Shown: positions 18,234-27,599 of the stretch, piece after piece | Layout: each line of letters begins with the position of its first letter | Position numbering within the stretch: the stretch's first letter is position 1 | Assembly: GCA_965369865.1 (NCBI GenBank) | Contig: CBDURU010000029.1 | Location: 1 to 30,858, forward strand | Source of the DNA: an uncultured bacterium | GTDB taxonomy: Bacteria > JAJVIF01 > JAPKYR01 | Reading direction: 5' to 3' | Length of the DNA: 30,858 nucleotides | Translations under genes and position numbers: made by a program | Notes under the pieces: generated by a model | Seen by the model: only the letters and a program-made list of their open reading frames with translations | Told to the model about the DNA's origin: nothing | The model's database searches: none

Positions 18234-19778
18234 GTGAGTTCCTCTGTTATTCGCAGACGTCTCTTCTGGATAGAGATTCTACTCACCTCAATAGCGTTCG
18301 GGCTTTTTTACACAGTCACAAACTATAAAGACCTTGGTTATTCGGTAGGTGTTGTGGCGGGGTTTGGCATTCTCGCGCTCACTTTTTTCCGTCCCAGGTA
18401 CGGTCTCATCGGTGCGATGGTACTCTTGTTTACAGAAAGTACCATTGGAGTTTTAAACGCCCTGGCTGAAACAGCCCAGGAATACGATCTGACCGGCATC
18501 CCTTCCCTTATCCAGACCCAGTGGTTTGGGTGGGGAGTGCTGACAATATACCTTGTAATCCTGCTTTCGTACCTGACGCGTGAACTTGTCAGCGGCCGTG
18601 AGCTTAAACCGCTTTCAGTACTGGAATGGATCCTTCTGCTCCCGCTCCTTGCCGTACTGCTATACCTACCAATATCCCTTCTTTACGGAAACTCGGCAAG
18701 GGATTTTTTCGACGACATCATCCCGATGCTGATCTATGGCGGTATCGTTGTGCTTGGACGGGTTTTTTATCAGCCTGGTAAAACAATTGAGTCAAGGTAT
18801 TACTTTCTCGACTGGTTTATTATTTTCAACATAATTATTCTCGTCCCGCTCTGGGCATATAACATAATTTTCGACACCTGGCGTAACGGGTACGTGGGTA
18901 TCGCGTCGATTCGGTATGGAACCGGCCCGTATGATTTTAATTTTTTTCTTGTGCCGCTCCTGGGGATGATACTGACTTACGATGACAGCCTCGAACTTAA
19001 AAGGAGGCGATTTTACCAGTTTGCGTTTTTCCTGAGCCTGGCGAGGGTTTTCATCTCGATGTTCAGGGGAGCGATCGGTGGGACGATCATAGCGATTATT
19101 ATCGCTACATACCTGGTTGAAAAAACCAGGCGATGGCAGTGGGTGCGAAGCCTGATTAAGTTCGCGGTTGCGCTGGTAATTATCGGCACCATTGCCGCTG
19201 TCCTGGTCCCGGTAGTGCGGACGACACTCCAGGTCGCACTGTTCGCGAGAATTGTAAGGACCTTCGGCGGAGCGGGCGGCGGGGACACGAGTATGCAGTT
19301 CAGGGAACTCGAGACCGGGGCCGCTCTGGATGAGATTCTCGAACAACCCGTTCTCGGATATGGGCCGGGGAAAATGGTTGTGAAGCATTTCCGTCAAGGG
19401 GAATTCGCGCAAGTGGAGCTGTACCTTCATTCCGCCTACATATGGTTCTGGTACAAAATGGGCGTTGTGGGACTTGGGGTGTTACTGACGTTTTTCACAG
19501 GCATAATCTGGATTTGTATTTCTCTTTTAAAGAGAAAACTCCATCGTGCCGACCGGGGCTGGGTTATCGGCACCATTTCAGCGATTATAGCGATGCTTCC
19601 AGTGATTCATACAAATAATATGCTGATACGATCGCAGGGGGCATATGCCCTGACCCTGCTGTTCTTCGGCCTCTCGGTAATTGTCATGAGGTACCGGGGA
19701 ATTCCCGGGGACAAGCTGCCGCCCCTGGAGGATATCGAGCTTCCGGTTGTTACAGAAGTCAAAGGGGTTGACGCCTGA
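18234..19778 (+). CDS. O-antigen ligase/polymerase family protein (Wzy-like)
   Basis: More than ten TM segments; SMFRGAIGG, then loop R...EQPVLGYGPG...HSAYIWFWYKMGVVG typical of Wzy_C. Confidence 0.85.
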   Translation: MSSSVIRRRLFWIEILLTSIAFGLFYTVTNYKDLGYSVGVVAGFGILALTFFRPRYGLIGAMVLLFTESTIGVLNALAETAQEYDLTGIPSLIQTQWFGWGVLTIYLVILLSYLTRELVSGRELKPLSVLEWILLLPLLAVLLYLPISLLYGNSARDFFDDIIPMLIYGGIVVLGRVFYQPGKTIESRYYFLDWFIIFNIIILVPLWAYNIIFDTWRNGYVGIASIRYGTGPYDFNFFLVPLLGMILTYDDSLELKRRRFYQFAFFLSLARVFISMFRGAIGGTIIAIIIATYLVEKTRRWQWVRSLIKFAVALVIIGTIAAVLVPVVRTTLQVALFARIVRTFGGAGGGDTSMQFRELETGAALDEILEQPVLGYGPGKMVVKHFRQGEFAQVELYLHSAYIWFWYKMGVVGLGVLLTFFTGIIWICISLLKRKLHRADRGWVIGTISAIIAMLPVIHTNNMLIRSQGAYALTLLFFGLSVIVMRYRGIPGDKLPPLEDIELPVVTEVKGVDA

Positions 19779-21262
19779 TGACCCGTGCAAGGCTGCTTGC
19801 GTTTAACGCGGTCAGTATGCTGGTAGCGATCATTATCGCCAAATTCGTCCTGTTCATAGGGCTGATTTACCTCCTTCAATTTCTGGATTCCGGTCTCGAA
19901 AGTGTTTATTACCTGATTACCGCATTCGCGGCCCTTGTCACGATGAATTTCCAGGACGGGATGATCTCGATCACGATCAGGAAAATCGCGACCGACCTGG
20001 ATAACGGTGCGCATCACCTTGGTACATGTTACCTCGCGAGCCTGCTCCTGGGACTGGTTCTTCTTCTGATTGGAATTCCGGCTGTATTTATATATGCGAA
20101 CTCAACGCTGGAAGGAAGCGGATTAAGGGGGGAGTTCACTCTTGCCGCACTTGCCATGACCGGAGCTTACTTGATTGGGTATGGTGCTTCAACGGCGGGC
20201 GCCGGATTCAAGGCATATGAAAAACTCTCCATCGAAGCGGCCCTGATTGTTCTGCATGCCCTTTTGAGTGCCGGAGTATATGTGGTGGGATCGAAAATGG
20301 GCTGGCCTTTATCGAAATTTTTTATCGCGCTTTTTATTGTGACCTTTATCTATGTGGTAATTGTAAATATTGTCCTAATCGCCTTTGTAGTAAAGCCGAG
20401 GATCCATTGCAATGTTAGTGAAGCCTGGGCGTTGTTCAGGGAGTCGCTTGGACTCGGCTACGGCACACTCCTTCGTACGCTCCAGGACCGGATGCATCCA
20501 TTTTTCATCAAGAGCCTGATCGGCCAGCCATTAATTACTCAATTTTCATCGCCAAACCAGCTCCTCGTACAACTTAAATTCATCCCGCTAAGTGTGCGGC
20601 CCGCCATTTTCCCGACTCTTGCACGTAAGGCGGAAGACGAAACAGGTGCTTTTCAGAATTATGCGACAGCATTGATGAAATTCCTGTATCTCGTGGCTCT
20701 TCCCATGATTACGCTCCTGATTGTCGCGCGGGGAGACGTTCTTCCGCTGGTCACATCGATGGATGTTACGTTTGAAAATGAATACGCCATGGCGCTCAGG
20801 GTTTACCCGTACGTGGGATTGGCGGTCGCGTTGTCGTTCCCGTCGCAGGTTTTACGAAGTCTTTTTGTCGCCCTTAAAAAACCTGAATTTGAGTTCCATA
20901 CGGTACTTACCGGAGTTATCGTGCTGGCCGTACTGGATTATTTCCTCATTAAAAATTTCGGTATCCTCGGTGCCGGATATGCCGCGGTGGCCTGCGAGTT
21001 GACCATTCTAATATATGGTTTCTGGCTCCTCGAGCGAATCGGCCGCCCCCTTAACGTCTTAAACCTGTTCTTACTCCCCACGCTGTGTGGTATCATAACT
21101 TTTTTGCTGGCGGAACACCTCTATGGGGTCCACTGGCTGTTTGGTGTTGCCTCTGTGTTGGTTGTGTTCCCCGTGCTGGTGCTATCCCTGAGGGTGGTCT
21201 CCCCGCTTGAGTGGGCGATCGTCCGGGAAGTAATCAAACCGGGATCATCCGCCGATCAATAG
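19778..21262 (+). CDS. Oligosaccharide flippase (Wzx-like, MOP superfamily)
   Basis: About 12-14 TM segments; AIFPTLAR and LIKNFGILGAGYA patterns; TGATG coupling to the upstream gene. Confidence 0.85.
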   Translation: MTRARLLAFNAVSMLVAIIIAKFVLFIGLIYLLQFLDSGLESVYYLITAFAALVTMNFQDGMISITIRKIATDLDNGAHHLGTCYLASLLLGLVLLLIGIPAVFIYANSTLEGSGLRGEFTLAALAMTGAYLIGYGASTAGAGFKAYEKLSIEAALIVLHALLSAGVYVVGSKMGWPLSKFFIALFIVTFIYVVIVNIVLIAFVVKPRIHCNVSEAWALFRESLGLGYGTLLRTLQDRMHPFFIKSLIGQPLITQFSSPNQLLVQLKFIPLSVRPAIFPTLARKAEDETGAFQNYATALMKFLYLVALPMITLLIVARGDVLPLVTSMDVTFENEYAMALRVYPYVGLAVALSFPSQVLRSLFVALKKPEFEFHTVLTGVIVLAVLDYFLIKNFGILGAGYAAVACELTILIYGFWLLERIGRPLNVLNLFLLPTLCGIITFLLAEHLYGVHWLFGVASVLVVFPVLVLSLRVVSPLEWAIVREVIKPGSSADQ

Positions 21263-21264
21263 TT

Positions 21265-22947
21265 ATGTTATCCAAGAGAAGCAAACCCGCTTCCCGGGTT
21301 ACAATCATAGGACTCGATGGCGCTTCATGGACCCTCTTCGATCCATTGATTAAATCCGGGGACCTTCCCAATCTCAGGAAACTCGTCGATACCGGCGCGA
21401 GCGGTGTCCTGATGAGTACAATTCCTCCCGTAACCGCGTCGGCATGGTCAAGTTTCTACACCGGCAGAACGCCGGGCCGTCATGGAGTTTTCGACTTTCG
21501 CAGGCGGATGGGTTCGGAATCCACGAACCGGGAATGGATAACTTCCGGCAATATCGGCGGTCCGAAAATCTGGGAAATTGTAAATGCCCAGGGTAAAAAT
21601 GCCGGTTTGATCAACCTGCCGCTTACATTTCCGCCGGTCGAGATGAACGGCTACATGATCGGCGGCATGCCGGTGCCTCCAACGCGCGATGATATCGGCT
21701 GGCCGAGTGGGCTTGTCGATGAAATTGTCCGTGAAACCGGGGCGTATATTTCGGATGTCGATCTCCTCAGGGGGGATAGTCCCGACGTTTCAAATCCTGA
21801 AAAGTGTTTTGAATTTGTTAAACAGGTTGAAAGGGCGGCGGAGGTCCGGGCCGAAGCGGTTAAATTCCTGATGGGTAAATATCCGACCGACCTGACGTTC
21901 CTGGTCCTGGTCGCACCCGACAGGCTTTCGCACCTGTTCTGGCAGGTCCTTGTTCCCACTCCCGGTATGAAACAAATTGCGTACTGGGAACAGGAACTGC
22001 GAGACAGGATGATCGAAGTTCTCAAGACCACAGACAAAATTGTCGGTGATATTATCGACAGGATGTCGGGGGATGACATTATCGCGGTCATGAGCGACCA
22101 TGGGTTCGGGCATCTTGATGAAATTCTCAAATTAAACAGGCTGCTCCAGGATCTTGGATACCTGAAATTCCGCCCGGAAGCAGACAGCGGTTTCAGGCGT
22201 ACCCTTGGACGGTTGCTCCCGGAATCGGTCAAGAAACCCCTGCGCGAGATCCTCGGGATGGAAAAAGGAGGAGGATCGAAAAAATCCGGAGCGCAACCGG
22301 GTTTCGATCCGTATTCGCTCATAAGCTGGCCTGAAACCAGGGCTTACTCCGGCGGTGGGGTCGAACAGGGGATTTTTATTAATGTAGCCGGGCGTGAACC
22401 GTACGGAACTGTAGAGATGGGTGGGGAGTATTTTAAATTGCGCGATAAATTGATCGTCGATCTGAGAAAAGTGAAGCACCCATCCGATAACAGGCCGCTT
22501 TTCGACTGGATCGAGCCGAGGGAAAAAATTTATTCAGGAGAGTATCTCGACCTGGCTCCGGATATCATGTACGGGCTGAGAAACTATTCGATGGTGATCG
22601 GCGAGGATGCGGAACCGCCGGTAATCAGCCCCTGGTCCCAGCCGAGGGCGGGTTTTCACAGGCGTGAGGGAATTATCATCCTGAAAGGACCGATGATCAG
22701 GAAAGGAATAAAACTGGCCCGGACCTATATTGAAAATGTGACGCCAACTATTCTTAACTGCTGGGGATTGAAACTGGATAACGGAATGGACGGTGAAATT
22801 ATCGAGGAAGCTCTGGAAACCGGGTTCCGGCTGAATAATCCTGTACGGAAACAAAGCTTTGGTGAATTCCAGAAACAGGACGGCCCGTCGTGCGAGGACT
22901 CCCAGGAGATGGAAGACCTGCTCAAGGGCCTGGGGTATTTGAATTAA
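21265..22947 (+). CDS. Alkaline phosphatase superfamily protein (type I phosphodiesterase/nucleotide pyrophosphatase-like)
   Basis: IIGLDGA, STIPPVTASAWSSFYTG..PGRHGVFDF, MSDHGFG, GFHRREG, C-terminal LKGLGYL. Start at ATG 21265, 2 nt after the wzx stop. Confidence 0.9.
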   Translation: MLSKRSKPASRVTIIGLDGASWTLFDPLIKSGDLPNLRKLVDTGASGVLMSTIPPVTASAWSSFYTGRTPGRHGVFDFRRRMGSESTNREWITSGNIGGPKIWEIVNAQGKNAGLINLPLTFPPVEMNGYMIGGMPVPPTRDDIGWPSGLVDEIVRETGAYISDVDLLRGDSPDVSNPEKCFEFVKQVERAAEVRAEAVKFLMGKYPTDLTFLVLVAPDRLSHLFWQVLVPTPGMKQIAYWEQELRDRMIEVLKTTDKIVGDIIDRMSGDDIIAVMSDHGFGHLDEILKLNRLLQDLGYLKFRPEADSGFRRTLGRLLPESVKKPLREILGMEKGGGSKKSGAQPGFDPYSLISWPETRAYSGGGVEQGIFINVAGREPYGTVEMGGEYFKLRDKLIVDLRKVKHPSDNRPLFDWIEPREKIYSGEYLDLAPDIMYGLRNYSMVIGEDAEPPVISPWSQPRAGFHRREGIIILKGPMIRKGIKLARTYIENVTPTILNCWGLKLDNGMDGEIIEEALETGFRLNNPVRKQSFGEFQKQDGPSCEDSQEMEDLLKGLGYLN

Positions 22948-22955
22948 GGAATGAA

Positions 22956-23945
22956 ATGATGGGAGAAGAAGTAATTAATCTCAGCCTGATCGTCCTTTCG
23001 TGGAACACATGCGATATTACCCTCGACTGCCTTGAAAGCATAATCAACAACCCGCCGGATGTCCCGTGGGAGTTAATTGTAATTGACAACGCATCGGAAG
23101 ACGGATCCCCCGATCGCATACGTGAAAAATTCGGATCCGATCCTAATGTAAAATTGATCGTCAACGAAATAAATAACGGGTTCACGGGTGGAAATAACCA
23201 GGGCATGGACCTGGCGAAAGGCGGCATAATCGGCCTGCTGAATTCCGATACAATTGTTTCGCGGGATAGTATCGGTGGTATGTATCATTATCTCATCGAT
23301 CATCCGAATGTCGGCGTCGCGGGTCCGATGCTGACTCATGAGGACGGCAGTCCCGCGAACAGTTTTGGATATTTCCCGTCGGCCTGGTCCATTTTCACGG
23401 GCGCATTCCTTCCCGGTTGGATCTGGGGCAACCAGCGCAGGGCGCTTGGAGTGGTGCCGGACAAATCCATCACCGGACCGATAGATGTGGATTATGTTTC
23501 CGGCGCGGCATTTTTTGTAAAACGGGATGTGATAGAAAGGGTAGGGAAATTCGACCAGGAATCGTTTTTCGCGTATTACGAAGAAACGGACTGGTGCCTG
23601 AGGATAAAAAAAGCGGGCTGGACAGTCCGGTTCATTCCGACTGTAAAAGTTGTCCATCTTGAAGGAAAGAGCTTCGAAAAGATGACCTCTCACCGGAGGC
23701 TGATCCAGTACGACAGCGCGAAGGTTTTTACCCGCAAGCATTACCCGCTTCCGATGCTGTGGTGGTTCCAGCTTTGCACCGTAATCGGTTCGCTCGTGAA
23801 GTGGGCGTATTTTGGATTAAGGATGCTATTGCAGCCATCGCAGAGGGAACGCTGGCTTCCTCATTATCACTGGAACGCATTTGTTTTCGAGTTGTGGAAG
23901 AAGGGATTCAGCCAGTCGGTACGCGGGAAGGAGACGGCAAATTGA
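22956..23945 (+). CDS. Glycosyltransferase family 2 (WbbL/rhamnosyltransferase-like)
   Basis: SLIVLSWN, VIDNASEDGS, NNGFTGGNNQG, LLNSDT, VSGAAF, YYEETDWC. AAGGA RBS before ATG 22956. Confidence 0.92.
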   Translation: MMGEEVINLSLIVLSWNTCDITLDCLESIINNPPDVPWELIVIDNASEDGSPDRIREKFGSDPNVKLIVNEINNGFTGGNNQGMDLAKGGIIGLLNSDTIVSRDSIGGMYHYLIDHPNVGVAGPMLTHEDGSPANSFGYFPSAWSIFTGAFLPGWIWGNQRRALGVVPDKSITGPIDVDYVSGAAFFVKRDVIERVGKFDQESFFAYYEETDWCLRIKKAGWTVRFIPTVKVVHLEGKSFEKMTSHRRLIQYDSAKVFTRKHYPLPMLWWFQLCTVIGSLVKWAYFGLRMLLQPSQRERWLPHYHWNAFVFELWKKGFSQSVRGKETAN

Positions 23946-25114
23946 CCAGGCTCAGGGACTGTATACTGGTGATGCTGGAGTGCATTCCGTACAACGGCCT
24001 GATGCAGCGGCACCAGCATCTCGCGCACGAGTTGTCCAGGTATATGCAGGTGATTTATGTGGAGGAAACCCCTTCAAGGATCAGGCGTATCCTTGATGGC
24101 CGTCCGCTCGATCCGGCTCTCGATGCGCATAAACTGGGGTTGAAGAAAATCAAGGCAAACCTTTTCCTTTATAAGGCTCCACCGTATCACCCGCGAGCCA
24201 CCGGGTATCGTCGATCGATTGAGCTCTCCGGAAAACGTATCGCGCAAAATCTTTTGCCGCTGCTTCCTGGAAATAAAAAAATAATCACCTGGCTGTTCTC
24301 ACCCGCCGGACTTGGTTCGATCGGACTTTACGATGAGGTCCTTTCAGTTTTCGATTGTTTCGATCTTTTCGGGGAGTTTCCCGGCGAGGAGCGTTTCCGC
24401 GATGAGATCCGTACAGCGATGAATGAAACCGCCGCCGGGGTCGATCTTGTAGTTACGACAAACAACGACCTTAAAAAGTTACTGAAGAAGCATAATTCTA
24501 ATATTGTAATTGTGCAGAATGGGTGCGACCCGGATCATTTTTCAAATGGGAGACAGAAACCGCCGCCTCAGAATATCATTCTCGATATCGACTCTCTACC
24601 ACGCCCGATCCTCGGCTACATGGGTGATATCGCACCATGGCTGGAACTGGATTACCTCCTCATGGCGGCGAAGAAACATCCGGACTGGTCGATTGTCATG
24701 ATAGGCACCTGGAAAAGAGAAAAACCGTCGCAGGATGAATATCCGAACGTTTATGCGCCGGGACGTGTCTCATATGAGGACCTGCCTTACTATGCGTCGA
24801 GATTTAATGCCGGCACAATCCCGTTCGAAATAACCGACCTTACACGTGTTGTGAACCCATTGAAACTGTATGAATATTTCGCGATGGGTACTCCTGTCGT
24901 AGCTACCGGCCTTCCCGAAATAATGAAACACAAGAACATTACCTATATAGGCGGCAGCGCGGCTGATTTCCTTAAAAAATGCGAGGATGCATTAAAGGAG
25001 CCTGTTGATTCACCGGAAAGGTCCATGCGGGTTAAGGTGGCAAGGAACAACAGTTGGGTCAACCGTGGTGAAATGATCAAGGAATTAATGTCAGTGACAC
25101 TTAAAAGCCTCTAG
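23942..25114 (+). CDS. GT-B fold glycosyltransferase (TuaH/GT4-like)
   Basis: QRHQHLA, FDCFD, NGCDPDHF, ILGYMG, NPLKLYEYFAMGTPVV. TTG 23942 follows AAGGAG and overlaps the GT2 stop (TTGA). Confidence 0.9.
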   Translation: MTRLRDCILVMLECIPYNGLMQRHQHLAHELSRYMQVIYVEETPSRIRRILDGRPLDPALDAHKLGLKKIKANLFLYKAPPYHPRATGYRRSIELSGKRIAQNLLPLLPGNKKIITWLFSPAGLGSIGLYDEVLSVFDCFDLFGEFPGEERFRDEIRTAMNETAAGVDLVVTTNNDLKKLLKKHNSNIVIVQNGCDPDHFSNGRQKPPPQNIILDIDSLPRPILGYMGDIAPWLELDYLLMAAKKHPDWSIVMIGTWKREKPSQDEYPNVYAPGRVSYEDLPYYASRFNAGTIPFEITDLTRVVNPLKLYEYFAMGTPVVATGLPEIMKHKNITYIGGSAADFLKKCEDALKEPVDSPERSMRVKVARNNSWVNRGEMIKELMSVTLKSL

Positions 25115-25115
25115 G

Positions 25116-27593
25116 ATGAGAGAAAGTACCGGACATATTTCAATTCTCCCCGGTATAGGGATACCGATCCCGGCCCTGGTCCTTGGCCTTGCAATGCTGG
25201 TTCTGCTGCCGGGCCATGCAAGGTCGCAGGGGTCTATGGTTACTCCCGAGGAAGCTGTTTCGGTGTCGACATGGGAAGATTCTCTTATCGGTCCACCTGT
25301 GCCAACGGTCGAAGGTGAACTGATTACAACGGCGATCATCCCACCGGAAATCGCACCGCCACCCAGAATGGCGGTTCATTCGGATGAATACCAGCAGACT
25401 CCGGTAATTGAAATATTCGGAGATTATTTCGACCCGTCGGGGCTATGCTCAACAGGCCCGATGTCGGAAGTATCCGATCAATCGATCCGGTCGCAGATGT
25501 TAAAAACATACAACATGGGCTTCAGGTGTTTTCTGCTCAGGGTTGACTGGCCGAGCCTGGAGACCCAGGCCAATCGGTTCGATGCGTCGCGTGTGCAGGA
25601 TCTCCTGGAATACGCGTCCGGTCTTAGAATGAGGGTTATTATTTCGCTTGAGCTGGATCGTGCTCCCGGATGGTTTTTCCGTGGGCAAACCGGCAGCGGA
25701 CGCGTGACAGTCAGTCACCTTGTAGATCCGGAACTGGAAACCAGTGCCGGGAACGATGGGGACCTCAGGTGGTCGAACGGCACCGGAACCCCCTTGATGT
25801 ATCATCCGGATACACTGCGTGCTGTTAATAACCTGGTTGTCAGTCTGTACAACACGATCAAGGATGAACAGGCTTTTCTTGGCTGGTACCTTTGCGGTCC
25901 GGTTACGCTCAGTTTTCCTGGCGGTGGGCGTAACAGTGTTGTCGGTATGGCTGATTATTCACCGTTTACGGTTAGTGCTTTTATTGATGTTACAGGTGCA
26001 TTCCTGGTGGCTTACCCGCTTCCACGGTACTCGAGAGGAACATGGGATCAGCGCCTGGAATTTCGGATGTTCACGGATTTTCGGCTCGCCTGGAAACGTG
26101 ATGCGTTTAACCAGTTGATTACAACCCTGAGAGAGGCTGACCCGGAGCACCTGGTTTTCACTGGTATGGACCCGGTATTAAATTATCGCAACGATAACGG
26201 GTACCTCAGTATGATCCAGGCTCCCGACGCAACCTGGCAGTTTCTCCACGATGATGTTAACGGGGTCGTGATAAATTTCCGGCTGGCGGCAGACTCTTTC
26301 GAACCACTGTCCGAACGTAGCGAGACGTCCGCAATGCATCTCGCCCTGACTATCAACGAGGTCATACGGAATGGACGTGTTGCACTTATACTGATCGAAA
26401 CGGATACGGTTCATCCCCCGAGCACCATCGATATTCTCGATATTGCCGACATGATCAAGGCGGCCGGCGGGTATCCAGTCTGGTGTTCCGGTTTCATTCA
26501 GAGGAGAAGTTCCCGCTGGTCGTGGACTGAGAATAACGCGATTGAACAAACGCAACCCCTGGCTATTATGCCCCCGCCAAAAAGGATCAGGCGTGGACAG
26601 GTGGGAATCCTGGATGTTCCGCGGTTGTACTCGTCATTTTACGCCGAACGAAACGGCAACCTTGTCCTGTCCCTTACCCAGCTCGCGATTCATCAGAGAA
26701 CCGGTGTACTACTTGAGGTTGTGGGTGTCGATGAAATCGGGAGACCCGGTCCCGGTCTCTCGCGGTACACAAATCTCATCTACCTCGCGCCTGAACTTAT
26801 AGATACCGATGAAGCGAAAGGTATGTTCAGCGCGTTGACACAGCTCGCGCTCAGGGCTTACATGGAAAACGGTGGAATTATAGAAGCGGTCGACCCGATG
26901 CTCTTGCACCAGTACTCTATGGAGGATTATCATTCACCGGTTCTTGAAGATCAGCTTCGTACACGCTATGTCCACCGTGGTGCCCCGGCGGACCTTTTCC
27001 ACGGAGCCAATGTATTCGTAGTGGCAAACGATCCGTACGTTTTCATACGCATCAATCAGTCACACGGCGCCAGGTATATCGATGTCAAACTTGCTGGTTG
27101 GCCCGAGGGAAACCTGAATTCGATGGATGTAGTGGAACTGCCGTCCGGTGATCCTCACAGGCTCGAGATCACTTCCGGGAATGCAAGTTTCCAGTTCGGG
27201 CCTGAAAGGAATTCAGGACACCTGTACATATTGACCGATGATTACGAGCAGGTGGCAAAGTCGTACGAGTCAAGGAAGTTCAGTGTCTCTATCGCGCAAC
27301 AATCGAAACAGATGCGCAGGAGTGTGCCCGCCGCGCTCCTTCTGCTGGCGCTTCTTGCAGTAACGATTGCCTGGATGACTTTCCAGAGCCAGCAGAAATC
27401 GCTGATCCAGGCTGCCGAGCTTGTCGACCGCAGCAGAAGGATCGAGCCGATCGATATCCTCGACGAACCGGAAGTCTTTGAATTTTATAAAAAATATATT
27501 TCCGAGAATGGAGAAGGTATACCCGAACCTGCAGACGGATTGGAATCGCCGCTCACTGATTCCGGGGATGATAACAATAAACCTCTCGGGTAA
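25116..27593 (+). CDS. Exported, C-terminally membrane-anchored GH42/GH-A-like protein
   Basis: Signal-like N-terminus; GF......DWPSLE.....FD, APGWF, DYSP...AF, FR...LREADP; downstream LSRY..L...Y.ENGG segment like the GH42 middle domain; C-terminal TM helix plus acidic tail. Confidence 0.65.
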   Translation: MRESTGHISILPGIGIPIPALVLGLAMLVLLPGHARSQGSMVTPEEAVSVSTWEDSLIGPPVPTVEGELITTAIIPPEIAPPPRMAVHSDEYQQTPVIEIFGDYFDPSGLCSTGPMSEVSDQSIRSQMLKTYNMGFRCFLLRVDWPSLETQANRFDASRVQDLLEYASGLRMRVIISLELDRAPGWFFRGQTGSGRVTVSHLVDPELETSAGNDGDLRWSNGTGTPLMYHPDTLRAVNNLVVSLYNTIKDEQAFLGWYLCGPVTLSFPGGGRNSVVGMADYSPFTVSAFIDVTGAFLVAYPLPRYSRGTWDQRLEFRMFTDFRLAWKRDAFNQLITTLREADPEHLVFTGMDPVLNYRNDNGYLSMIQAPDATWQFLHDDVNGVVINFRLAADSFEPLSERSETSAMHLALTINEVIRNGRVALILIETDTVHPPSTIDILDIADMIKAAGGYPVWCSGFIQRRSSRWSWTENNAIEQTQPLAIMPPPKRIRRGQVGILDVPRLYSSFYAERNGNLVLSLTQLAIHQRTGVLLEVVGVDEIGRPGPGLSRYTNLIYLAPELIDTDEAKGMFSALTQLALRAYMENGGIIEAVDPMLLHQYSMEDYHSPVLEDQLRTRYVHRGAPADLFHGANVFVVANDPYVFIRINQSHGARYIDVKLAGWPEGNLNSMDVVELPSGDPHRLEITSGNASFQFGPERNSGHLYILTDDYEQVAKSYESRKFSVSIAQQSKQMRRSVPAALLLLALLAVTIAWMTFQSQQKSLIQAAELVDRSRRIEPIDILDEPEVFEFYKKYISENGEGIPEPADGLESPLTDSGDDNNKPLG

Positions 27594-27599
27594 GAGATT

